Positions 20,936-29,758 of a DNA stretch of 32,000 bases are shown one piece after another (the stretch's first letter is position 1; each line of letters begins with the position of its first letter). The notes under the pieces were generated by a model, which saw nothing but the letters and a program-made list of their open reading frames with translations, made no database searches and was not told the DNA's origin. The stretch lies in the NCBI RefSeq assembly GCF_002075285.3, contig NZ_CP021983.2:3570001-3602000 (forward strand), read 5' to 3'. Both the position numbers and the translations under genes were made by a program. This stretch comes from Halomicronema hongdechloris C2206 (GTDB lineage: Bacteria > Cyanobacteriota > Cyanobacteriia > Phormidesmidales > Phormidesmidaceae).

Positions 20936-23208
20936 TCACGAGCCCTTGGCTGACGGGGACTGCAGCTGCTGGAGCAGGGCTTGGGTGACGGGATGGTCAG
21001 AGAGGAGCTGAGTCTGGCCTGCTTCAATAACCGTCCTGACAAACTTAGCAAGGCGATTAATCGTCTCTGTGGTGTAGGGATGGTCTTGCCCTACAGCCTG
21101 CACAAAGAGGCTCAACGCCTCTAGAAACAACGGTTCCGCGTCAGAATAACGCCCTTGGGCAACGTACAGGGAGGCTAAATTACCCAAGCAAATGCCCACG
21201 TCGGGATGATTGTCTCCTAAAGCGTTTCGGCTAATCTGGAAAGCCTGTTGCAAGAGCGGTTCCGCCTCAGCGTAGCGACCCTGCGATTGATACAGTGCGG
21301 CGAGATTGTTGAGGCTGAGGGCCACAGCGGGATGCTCGTCGCCCAATAGCCGTTTCCTCAAGGCCAGGGCCTGCTGATAGAGCGGTTCCGCCTCGGCGTA
21401 GCGCCCCTGCGAATAATACAGTGCGGCGAGATTGTTGAGGCTGAGGGCCACAGCGGGATGCTCCTGGCCCAACAGCCGTTGCCGCAACGCCAGGGCCTGC
21501 TGATAGAGCGGTTCCGCCTCGGCGTAGCGACCCTGCGACTCATACAGTAAGGCGAGATTGTTGAGGCTTTGGGCCACATCGGGATGCTCATCGCCCCACA
21601 GCCGTTGACTCAAGGCCAGGGCCTGCTGATAGAGCGGTTCCGCCTCGGCGTAGCGGCCCTGCGCATAATACAGTAAGGCGAGATTGTTGAGGCTGAGGGC
21701 CACATCGGGATGCTCGTCGCCCAGCAGCCGTTGCCGCAAGGCCAGGGCCTGCTGCAAAGAGCGGTTCCGCCTCCCCGTAGCGGCCCTGCACTCGATACAG
21801 TTCGGCGAGATTGTTGAGGCTTTGGGCCACATCGGGATGCTCGTCGCCCAATAGCCGTTGCCTCAAGGCCAGGGCCTGCTGATAGAGCGGTTCCGCCTCG
21901 GCGTAGCGACCCTGCGAGTCATACAGTGCGGCGAGATTGTTGAGGCTGCTGGCCACATCGGGATGCTCGTCGCCCAATAGCCGTTGCCTCAAGGCCAGGG
22001 CCTGCTGATAGAGCGGTTCCGCCTCAGCGTAGCGGCCCTGTTCACGGAGATAGTAGCCGATCTGATTCAGCAGGTAGGCGACATCGGTGGACTCGATGGC
22101 ATAGGTGGAACTGAGCTCGATGGCTACCTGGGCCTGGGGCAGCATGCGACCATAGATCTGCTGGGTTGGCGGCCAGGACTTTTTGAAAGGCCAGGGAAAA
22201 GGTGACGGTGACGCTGGGATGGTCGCTGGCCAGGTCGCCCCGTTGACTCAGGAGATGGGCCTTTTCCTCACGGAATTGCTGCAGATATTCCCATAGGGAC
22301 AGCACCTGTTCTTCCATATAGGCACCGGCTTGGTCTAGGGCCAGGGGCAGCCCATCCATCTCGGCCTGCAGGGTGTGGGCTAGGGTCTGGTCGCTGGTAG
22401 ATGCCTGCATCAAGGGAGCATCGGCAGGCAGCAGCTTAGCCCGACGCAGCAGGAAGAGAGCTCCTTCCGCCGGCGCCATGGTCTTGATCTCAAGCCGATG
22501 GGCCAGGGTGCCCACGGCCTGGGCTCGACTGGTCAAGAGGAGATGGCCCCGGTCGCCTACGGGTAAGAAGGGCTGGAGCTGCTTCAGGTCGTCGGCGTTG
22601 TCGAGTACCAGCAGCCAGCGATCATGGTGAGCCAGCCACTCGGTCACTAAGTTAACCACGACGCTCTGTTCCACCTGCTGCCGCCCAGGCAGCTGCAGGG
22701 CCTCGGCCAGGGCACTATAGCCTGAGAACAGCTCGTCTTTGGACGCGGCTCGTACCCAGAAGCCATAGTCGTATTCATGGCGATGGCGATAGGCATATTC
22801 CAGGGCGGTCTGGGTTTTACCGATGCCACCGATGCCACTGAAGACAACCCGCCGGTAAGTCTGCAAGGCGGTATGGATAGCCATTAACAGGGGCTCCCGG
22901 CCGGTAAAGAAGCGATTGCGGGCAGCCAGCCCCATCCAGCGTTGGGCCAGTTTGAAGGCGGGGCGTTGGGCGGCCCCGAGACATTGGTTGAGCTGCTCAA
23001 TGACTGCGGCCAGGCCGCAGCCGGTCGGTCCCTCGGCCCAGGTCAGCAGGGTGATGACGCGATGGCCCGGCGTGCCAGTATTGCTGGCAAGGACGCTGGT
23101 AGGCGGGTTGAGGGCGAAGATGATCTCTTCCTGCTGGGTAGACGGTAGGCCATTCAGGGTCTGAAGCAGCCGTCGTCGATCATCGGGGGATAGAGGGGCA
23201 GCAGTCAT
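20936..23208 (-). pseudogene. STAND NTPase (N-terminal adaptor/EAD-like helical domain, NB-ARC, and about 8 TPR_12-type repeats), disrupted by two frame changes and probably an internal deletion
   Basis: Three consecutive ORFs in three different frames (22042-23208, 21588-22145, 20936-21832). Walker A is GIGGIGKTQTA, Walker B is LLVLDNADD, and GLPLALDQAG is present. A 42-aa TPR unit (GRYAEAEPLYQQALALRQRLLGDEHPDVA.SLNNLA.LY) repeats. A 1-nt insertion sits at about 21755-21758 (CTGCTGCAAAGAGCGG versus the usual CTGCTGATAGAGCGG). A second frame change lies at about 22145-22190. Confidence 0.85.
20990..22030 (-). repeat. Intragenic 126-bp tandem repeats encoding the TPR array
   Basis: The DNA string GGCCAGGGCCTGCTGATAGAGCGGTTCCGCCTCGGCGTAGCG recurs almost verbatim at a 126-nt period. 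This nucleotide-level identity is high for a protein repeat. Confidence 0.85.
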
Positions 23209-23745
23209 TAACGGCGAGGGTCATAGGCTCACCGCCATGATAGCCGTAGTAAAGGGACACCCAAGGGGTTGCACTAGGATCCGCTCCCCGTACAAGCCAT
23301 CTACCCCTTCCAGCACCGCTACCGTCTCACCATCGGGTCACGTGTCAACGCTGCCTGCATATCATTGACACGAATACGTCTGACCTGGCCGCTTTAAGAC
23401 CGAGCACCCATAGTACAAACACCATCCAAACCCCTGATTGGCAGAGTTTTTGCAACTCCCTGAAACGAAACCCGCCAGTGAATACATCGATGACACTCAA
23501 ATGGGCTGACTGCTTGACCCTGATGAGCAAACCGTATTTATTTATTGCCTCTCTATCGGTCAAAAATAGACTCAAGACACCAACAATATTAGTTCATCAA
23601 GTTTCCATTAGTACGATATTTTCAAGGCTTGAGCTGATGCGAATAAATTAAACTCAGCGTATAGAGTGCAATACTGCACCTGATTTCTGGGAGTAAAGTT
23701 AGCAGAGTATAATAGGATCTATATACGTAACGTTAACTCGAGACT

Positions 23746-23937
23746 ATGACCGCTCTAGCTCAAGAAATTCTTAAGACTTTTGATAGGCTGCCTGATTCAG
23801 AGCAGCTTGAGGTCGCGCTAGAGATACTGAGGCGGCTTGTTCATTTTGATTTTCCTCCTTTGGAAGACGAGGACTTGGTCTTGAATGCCGAGGAATTATT
23901 CTTGGAACTAGACAAACAAGAATCAGATCATGAGTAG
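23746..23937 (+). CDS. Small acidic protein, putative antitoxin of a decayed type II toxin-antitoxin pair
   Basis: 63 aa with an acidic C-terminus. A TATAAT box is at 23708-23713. Its last codons overlap an ATG (23930) that leads into a MazF/PemK-like N-terminal remnant, with the typical ATGA-type overlap geometry. Confidence 0.55.
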   Translation: MTALAQEILKTFDRLPDSEQLEVALEILRRLVHFDFPPLEDEDLVLNAEELFLELDKQESDHE

Positions 23938-24035
23938 CCCTGACCGGTGGTGAAGTTTGGCTTGTAGATCTGGGCTATGTTGCAAAAGTCAGGCCCTGTC
24001 TGGTGGTTAGCATTCCCGCTCTAATACAAGGATGA
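23930..24035 (+). pseudogene. MazF/PemK-family toxin remnant (frameshifted, truncated after about 30 codons)
   Basis: The frame starting at 23946 reads GGEVWLVDLGYVAKVRPCLVVSIPALIQG-stop. This matches the conserved MazF/PemK N-terminus (GE.W.VDL......K.RPCLV.S). The ATG at 23930 is out of frame by 1 nt, and the remaining roughly 80 aa of the fold is absent. Confidence 0.6.
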
Positions 24036-24190
24036 TGCAGACCTTGATGAAGAGCCGTAGCAATCTGATGTCTACTAGACTAGTCGTCAAGGTAGCTTCA
24101 TCATTTCACCTATTTGCTCCTGATTAACCAAGTTGATCTGCTAATTATCGATGAACGGTTGGGCCGGTAATTGCAGAAGAGCTATGACAA

Positions 24191-24580
24191 TTAGGATAGA
24201 GAGGCTTGATAGGCACGCCAGCCGCCAAACTGGGTGATCTCCCGTTGACCTGCTACCGTGAGGGGCTCGCCGATGACACCTAGGACAATGTCGCCAGTGG
24301 CCAGTTTGACCTTGCCGATGGCCAGTCCCGGCGGTTCCTGCATCAAGATGACCCCTAATCCGGCCAGGGGCACCTCCCAGATTTCCACTGCGATCGCAAC
24401 TCCGCCGCTGGCTACCCGCATCATGGCCGGATAGCGATCCTCAATGCTCCAGAGGCGATAGGCCGGTTCTGTCTCGGTTTCACAGTGGAACCGGGCTCCC
24501 ACGGTCAGCAAGTTAGGATTCAGGGCCAGCCCCCGCATCAAGGTGCCATTGACGGCCAGCTTCAGGGTTTCGGTCATCAA
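24191..24580 (-). CDS. Gamma-glutamylcyclotransferase-like protein, related to the allophanate hydrolase C-terminal domain
   Basis: 129 aa. LAVNGTLMRGL.LN..L...GA.F..E..T...YRLW....YPAM......GG..I..EIWEVP resembles the stand-alone homologues of the allophanate hydrolase C-terminal / AIG2-like fold. Confidence 0.6.
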   Translation of the reverse strand: MMTETLKLAVNGTLMRGLALNPNLLTVGARFHCETETEPAYRLWSIEDRYPAMMRVASGGVAIAVEIWEVPLAGLGVILMQEPPGLAIGKVKLATGDIVLGVIGEPLTVAGQREITQFGGWRAYQASLS

Positions 24581-24713
24581 TAGTGCCGCTGTCTTGTCAA
24601 CGAATCGTCAGATAGGTGTCGGTGGACGAGGCGGGCAGAATCCGCAACCGCTGATGCTGCAGGTCGGGTTCCAGTCCCAGGGCTTCCAGAGGAATTACCC
24701 CCAGCAGTGCATC

Positions 24714-25055
24714 TCACCCTGCCAGCAGTTCCAGGCATTCAAAGGTGCCTTCCCGGTCGCCGATAGAGAGCTTGGCATCTTGGAAAATGCGGGCGGTGCT
24801 GATGCCGGTCGCCGTGGCGATCGGCACTTCCCGGAGAACAGTCAGTCCCAGCGTTTTGATGACGTCAGCCGGTAAACATAACGTGGTTGCTCCAGTATCT
24901 ACTAGCACGTTGTCTATCGCAACAGAGCGAACCGCTGCCGGCGCCAGTAGTCCCCTCTCAGCAAGGCCCTGATCGAGTCGATTCGTCACCGTCAGGCTGA
25001 TCAATATTTTCCCCATTGCATCCAGGGCAATCTCTTGAGGGGTGCGGAAGGCCAT
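24714..25055 (-). CDS. Retropepsin-like (clan AA) aspartic protease. The ORF ends at an in-frame TGA, and the conserved C-terminal part continues in the same frame to 24597, so this is a probable pseudogene.
   Basis: The active-site motif VLVDTGATTLCLP is present. After the TGA (24714-24716) the same frame reads DALLGVIPLEALGLEPDLQHQRLRILP...TYLTIR-stop, which is the normal C-terminus of this family. Confidence 0.7.
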   Translation of the reverse strand: MAFRTPQEIALDAMGKILISLTVTNRLDQGLAERGLLAPAAVRSVAIDNVLVDTGATTLCLPADVIKTLGLTVLREVPIATATGISTARIFQDAKLSIGDREGTFECLELLAG

Positions 25056-25148
25056 CGTCGGGTATCTCCATTGCCAGCCATGCGCCTATCTTCAGATTTT
25101 AGCGATGATGCCAAATCTCCGAATCAACTCCACCAAACCACTCCATCC

Positions 25149-26096
25149 TCAGTCCATTTTGCCGAGGGCGCCCGGAGCCCCAATCAGGGTGCGTTTGGGA
25201 GAACAGGTAAGGATCATAATCAGCAGCGTCAGGATGTAGGGGGCGGCATTGAAGAGATAGTAGTAAGCATTGATGCCCACCGATTGAAAGGCGGGGCCGA
25301 TGGCTTGGGCGCCGCCGAATAGCAGAGAGGCCCACAGACACTGCACCGGCTTCCAGCGGGCGAAGATCACCAGGGCCACCGCCATCAGCCCCTGACCGCT
25401 GGAAATGCGCTCCGTCCAGACGCCGGGATAGTACAGGGAGAGACAAGCACCGCCCACCCCAGCCAGGAAGCTCCCGGCCATGGTGCTTAAAAACCGCACC
25501 TTGAAGATGGAAATGCCCATGGCCCGGGCGGCATCGGGGCTGTCTCCCACCGCCCGCACATAGAGCCCCCAGCGGGTGGAACGGAAGAACCATTGCAGCA
25601 AGGGTGCGATCGCAACCCCGATTAGAAATAACGGACTCACCTTCAGGGCCGACTGCACCGCCGGATTACTGCTCCAAGCCCCCCAGTCAAAGGTGAGCAA
25701 TTGCGGCGCCTGGGGTTGGATAAACGGTTTACCCAGAAAAAAGGCAAAGCCACTGCCGAAGATAATCATGGCGATGCCCACCGCAATATCATTCACCCGG
25801 GGTTGTTGAGACAGCCAACCATGAATTGCCCCCAACACCATGCCCGCAAGCCCCGCCACCAACACCCCCAACCAGGGGGCCCAAAACTCCCCCAAGGCTC
25901 CCTGGCTCAGGTAAGAAATCCCATAGGCGCTCATGGCCCCCATCAGCAACGTGCCTTCCAGGCCCAAGTTAATCTTGCCGCTCTTCTCAGTCAGACACTC
26001 GCCCAGGCTGACAAACAAAAAGGGGGCGCTGCCCCGCAGCGTGCCTGCCAAGATACCCAGGGGAACCCCCCACCAGCCCAGTGCTTCAGTTGCCAT
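25149..26096 (-). CDS. ABC transporter permease (BMP/nucleoside-type importer, YufQ/NupC-like subunit)
   Basis: 315-aa polytopic protein with GECLTEKSGKINLGLEGTLLMGA, typical of the branched-chain/ribose-type permease superfamily. It is in an operon with the next two genes. Confidence 0.88.
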   Translation of the reverse strand: MATEALGWWGVPLGILAGTLRGSAPFLFVSLGECLTEKSGKINLGLEGTLLMGAMSAYGISYLSQGALGEFWAPWLGVLVAGLAGMVLGAIHGWLSQQPRVNDIAVGIAMIIFGSGFAFFLGKPFIQPQAPQLLTFDWGAWSSNPAVQSALKVSPLFLIGVAIAPLLQWFFRSTRWGLYVRAVGDSPDAARAMGISIFKVRFLSTMAGSFLAGVGGACLSLYYPGVWTERISSGQGLMAVALVIFARWKPVQCLWASLLFGGAQAIGPAFQSVGINAYYYLFNAAPYILTLLIMILTCSPKRTLIGAPGALGKMD

Positions 26097-26123
26097 GGCG
26101 TGACCTCGTTGTGAATAATGCCG

Positions 26124-27212
26124 CTACATCACCGATCGCTCTTGAAACCAGGGCAGACGACCGTAGAGGGAGTCACTGAACAGGACGCACAAAAAGACGA
26201 TGCCCTGAAACACCAACACCGTGGCATCAGGCAATTCGTGGGACCGTTGCAAGATGCCGCCGCTGGCCAGAATGCCCCCCAACAGAATCGCCACCAATAT
26301 GGTGGCCAGGGGGTTATGGCGAGAGACAAAGGCCACCAAAATCCCGGCATAGCCATAGTTGGAGACCAACGACTCGTTGATGCGCTTCTGCACCGCCGCC
26401 ACCTCCACCATGCCAGCCAGCCCTGCCGCCGAGCCCCCTAGAAAGCACACGGCCAGGGTGAGCTTGCCCACAGGCAATCCGGCAATCTTGGCGGCGCGGA
26501 CATTGCCCCCGGCGGTGCGGGCGGCAAAGCCGAAGGTCGTGCGTTGGATCAGCACATAGGCAATCACACAGGCAATGAGCCCATAGAGCAACCCGTAGTG
26601 GATACGGCTGCCGGGCAAATTACCAATCCACAGGGCGGCATCTAATTCTGCCGACGAGGGCTTGGTGACGAATTCTACATCCCGCATCGGGCCTTCCACC
26701 AAGTGGTTCATCAGGGCAATGGCGATGTAGTTCAGCAGCAGGCTACTGATGGTCTCATTTACACCGCGATAGTGACGCAGAGCCCCAGCCAGCATGATCC
26801 ACAGCCCCCCGGCCCCGATGGCGGCCAGGGCCATGGCCAACTGAGCCATGAGGGCAGGCACGGTGGTGCCCAACCCCAGACCGACGATCACGGCGGCCAA
26901 GCCTCCGATCACCAGGGCTCCCTCATTGCCGATGATCACCAGCCCCAGGCGGGCCGGCAAAGCGGTACAGAGGGCAGTCAACATCAAGGGAGCGGCTCGA
27001 ATTAGAGTATTTTGCCAGGCACTCCAACTGCCAAAGGCCGCCCGGTAGATAGAGCCATAGACGGCTAATGGGTTGCTTCCAGCCAGGGCGCAGAAGAGAC
27101 CAAAGATGACCATCGCCACCACTAGCGCCGCAATGGGCAAGGCAATCGCCTCTAGGGGGCGACGCCAGCGATAGAACAAATTAGACGCAGAAGATGCCGA
27201 TGCGATCGCCAT
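26124..27212 (-). CDS. ABC transporter permease (BMP/nucleoside-type importer, YufP/NupB-like subunit)
   Basis: 362-aa polytopic protein. Contains TLIRAAPLMLTALCTALPARLGLVIIGNEGALVIGG. It starts 7 nt after the stop of the binding-protein gene. Confidence 0.88.
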   Translation of the reverse strand: MAIASASSASNLFYRWRRPLEAIALPIAALVVAMVIFGLFCALAGSNPLAVYGSIYRAAFGSWSAWQNTLIRAAPLMLTALCTALPARLGLVIIGNEGALVIGGLAAVIVGLGLGTTVPALMAQLAMALAAIGAGGLWIMLAGALRHYRGVNETISSLLLNYIAIALMNHLVEGPMRDVEFVTKPSSAELDAALWIGNLPGSRIHYGLLYGLIACVIAYVLIQRTTFGFAARTAGGNVRAAKIAGLPVGKLTLAVCFLGGSAAGLAGMVEVAAVQKRINESLVSNYGYAGILVAFVSRHNPLATILVAILLGGILASGGILQRSHELPDATVLVFQGIVFLCVLFSDSLYGRLPWFQERSVM

Positions 27213-27218
27213 GCTTGC

Positions 27219-28415
27219 CTAGCCTTCGATACTGCCTTGGACCCCTTCAATCAGGTAGTCCATCTTCTCCAGCTCCAGGTTGTCTTGCTTGTATTCCTCG
27301 CCACTGGGCAGAATCACATTGCCCTGGTTGTCCTTCAGTTCGCCTTTATAGATCACCAGCTCGCCGCTGATAATTTGCTCCTTGGCGGTCTCAGCCGCGG
27401 CTTTGGCCTCATCGCTCACCGCCGGGCCGTAGTCTGACAGCTTACAAAACTTACCGGCCAGTCCCCCCCGCAGGATGTGGGGAATATCTCCCGCCATCAG
27501 GGTTTTGCCAGCCACAAACTGCTCACCTAGGTCGCTGTAGATACTGGACCAATCCCACTCGGCCCCCGTGAGATAGCCCTGGGGAGCCAGAGGAGCCTGA
27601 TTAGCGTGATAGCCAGTGCAATAGATGCCCCGCTTCTCGGCGGTCTCCATCACCACCTTGGGGCTATCCACGTGGCAGGTCACCACATCAATGCCCTGGT
27701 CGGCCATGCTATTGGTGGCCTCGGCCTCCTTCACCGGCATGGCCCAATCCCCTGTGAAGATCACCTGGGTAGTAATATCGGGCTTCACCGACTGGGCCCC
27801 GAGGGTAAAGGCGTTGATATTCCGCAGCACCTGGGGAATCGGCTTAGCCGCCACAAACCCTAGCTTGCCAGCGTTAGACATGTGGCCAGCCACCACCCCA
27901 GCCACATACTGAGCCTCATCGATATAGCCGAAGTAACTGCCGACATTGTCCGGGTGTACCCCGTCTTGGTACAGCCCACCGGCGTGGAAGAACTGCACCT
28001 GAGGGAATTCCGCCGCCATTTCCAAAATATAGGGGTCGAAGTAGCCAAAGGAGGTGGGAAAAAGCACCTGGGCCCCATCGATTTCGATCATGCTGCGCAT
28101 GGTTTCCGCCACCGCCGTGGTTTCGGGGACGCTAGCCTCTTCGACAATTTGGATGCCGGGCACATTGGCTGCCATGGCCGCTGCCCCCTCGGCGTGGGCC
28201 TGGTTATAGCCAAAGTCATCCTTCGGGCCCACATAGATAAAGCCAACCAGGAGATCACCACCGCCACCAGCACCGCTGTCACCACCAGAGGTTCCCCCTT
28301 CGCTAGAGGGACTACAGGCCGTTCCCAGCTTGGTCACAACCCCAAAGGCCGTCGTCGCAATCAGGCCACGAACCACCTGCCGCCGAGAACACCGGGGTAA
28401 CTTTCGATAGGCCAT
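27219..28415 (-). CDS. BMP-family ABC transporter substrate-binding lipoprotein (Tat-type signal)
   Basis: The mature part LLVGFIYVGPKDDFGYNQAHAEG...GFVAAKPIPQVLRNINAFTLGA is typical of the BMP/PnrA/Med family. The ATG at 28415, with GAGGAAAAG upstream, gives MAYRKLPRCSRRQVVRGLIATTAFGV..LGTAC (a twin-arginine motif plus a lipobox-like Cys). The GTG at 28493 in the ORF track is less likely. Confidence 0.88.
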   Translation of the reverse strand: MAYRKLPRCSRRQVVRGLIATTAFGVVTKLGTACSPSSEGGTSGGDSGAGGGGDLLVGFIYVGPKDDFGYNQAHAEGAAAMAANVPGIQIVEEASVPETTAVAETMRSMIEIDGAQVLFPTSFGYFDPYILEMAAEFPQVQFFHAGGLYQDGVHPDNVGSYFGYIDEAQYVAGVVAGHMSNAGKLGFVAAKPIPQVLRNINAFTLGAQSVKPDITTQVIFTGDWAMPVKEAEATNSMADQGIDVVTCHVDSPKVVMETAEKRGIYCTGYHANQAPLAPQGYLTGAEWDWSSIYSDLGEQFVAGKTLMAGDIPHILRGGLAGKFCKLSDYGPAVSDEAKAAAETAKEQIISGELVIYKGELKDNQGNVILPSGEEYKQDNLELEKMDYLIEGVQGSIEG

Positions 28416-28937
28416 AGAAATCTTTTCCTCACAGTGAATGCAAAACGCCGAGCTAGAGACTGCAAGCAGGAGGCCCCCTTCTATCTCATTCACCTCCTCA
28501 CCGAACAGAGATTATATCCCGGTCAAGTTGGAGGCAGTGGCCACCTCACAACGGTTAGGGCATGGCCAGGCCGTTGAGCAACTATCGGCATCATGGTTGC
28601 ACACACTATGAGTTGTACCCACCATGATCTGAAGTATCAATGACCATAACCATCAGCGGTATCTGGAAACGGCGATGGGGGCAGAGTAGCATTCAGTAGT
28701 GAATCCCGTCTAAAGGCAATGGCGAGATGACTGTTGAGTCAGTAGCTCAGTCTAAGGATTGAGAAAACGGGCCAACAAGTTTGTATTGAACATTACGTTT
28801 TATGGGATAGGACGCCGCAATTTTATGGGCGGGCCTGGAAATCAATCTGACCAATCGATAGTTTAAATGTGCAAGCTCCTGGCCTCGACCCCGCTGTATC
28901 ACCTAATCTCTATCTGGCCTATGGGGGGCAGACATTC

Positions 28938-29621
28938 ATGTGTGGACGGTTCAGCCTTACGCAAACTGGGGATAGCCTGGCAGCGGCCTTTCGACTCCAA
29001 GTCCCTCTATCAGGGGCTCCCCGCTACAATATTGCCCCCAGCCAACCTGTGGTTACGCTCGTTGCCACCAGCACCGCTCCAACTCCCCATGGGCAGCGCC
29101 TACGCTGGGGATTAATTCCCAGCTGGGCTAAGGACCCCACCATGGGCAATCGCCTGATCAATGCCCGGGCCGAAACAGTGGCCGAGAAACCGTCCTTTCG
29201 AGCGGCCTTCAAGCGGCGGCGCTGCCTGGTGCTGGCCGATGGGTTCTACGAATGGCAGCGCCAGGACCGCAACACCAAGCAACCTTACTATATGTTTCTC
29301 AAGGACCACCGACCCTTTGCCTTTGCAGGCCTTTGGGAGCATTGGCATGACCCCAACAGTGGGGATGAACTGCAGACCTGCACCATTTTGACCACAGCTG
29401 CCAATGAGTTGATGCAGCCTATCCACAATCGCATGCCGGTGATTTTGGCCCCCGAGCACTACGCCCCCTGGCTGGATCCCGACTACTATCAGCCCCAGGT
29501 ACTCCAGGAGATGCTGCATCCCTATGGGGCAGCGGCCATGGAGTGTTACCCGATCTCGACCCTGGTGAATAACCCCCGGAATGACTCTCCGGAGTGCATG
29601 GCACCACTGAGAGAGCAGTAG
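28938..29621 (+). CDS. SOS-response-associated peptidase (SRAP/YedK, abasic-site DNA-protein crosslink family)
   Basis: Starting at the ATG at 28938 gives MCGRFSL, with the obligatory catalytic Cys2. Also present are PRYNIAPSQ, RWGLIPSWAKD, NARAET, FYEW, AFAGLWE and MPVIL. Confidence 0.92.
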   Translation: MCGRFSLTQTGDSLAAAFRLQVPLSGAPRYNIAPSQPVVTLVATSTAPTPHGQRLRWGLIPSWAKDPTMGNRLINARAETVAEKPSFRAAFKRRRCLVLADGFYEWQRQDRNTKQPYYMFLKDHRPFAFAGLWEHWHDPNSGDELQTCTILTTAANELMQPIHNRMPVILAPEHYAPWLDPDYYQPQVLQEMLHPYGAAAMECYPISTLVNNPRNDSPECMAPLREQ

Positions 29622-29758
29622 TATCGTCGTCACATTTAGAATAGCTATACTGTCGGCAGGCTAGGATAGCTGAGTCATGGTAGCGGTTGGGTTACCGCGA
29701 TTCTGCTTCATTATCCCCAATCCTCTTTGTGTCAACCTCCTCAACCATAGGTGCTCCG

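Noticed and set aside
23345-23575. 76-aa minus-strand ORF between the STAND pseudogene and the antitoxin
   Set aside because: It has a TTG start and no recognisable family. It lies in an AT-richer, degraded patch and could be a gene fragment, but I cannot support a call.
24714-24716. Selenocysteine or programmed recoding at the in-frame TGA of the retropepsin-like gene
   Set aside because: No SECIS-like hairpin is evident immediately downstream, and no selenoprotein precedent for this family is known to me. A simple nonsense mutation is the more economical explanation.
25099-25593. 164-aa minus-strand ORF and several plus-strand ORFs (25576-26441, 26703-27048, 27606-28400) within the BMP transporter operon
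   Set aside because: They are alternative-frame or antisense artefacts inside three clearly supported transporter genes, and their composition is Gly/Pro/Arg/His-rich.
28416-28868. Purine or nucleoside-type riboswitch in the leader of the BMP transporter operon
   Set aside because: Only generic stems are present (for example ATCATGGT...ACCATGAT). I found no match to the purine riboswitch core. A TATAAT box at about 28511-28516 on the minus strand leaves a leader of only about 90 nt.
29112-29633. 173-aa minus-strand ORF opposite the SRAP gene
   Set aside because: It is antisense to a gene with a complete SRAP motif set that includes the catalytic Cys2. It has no independent support.
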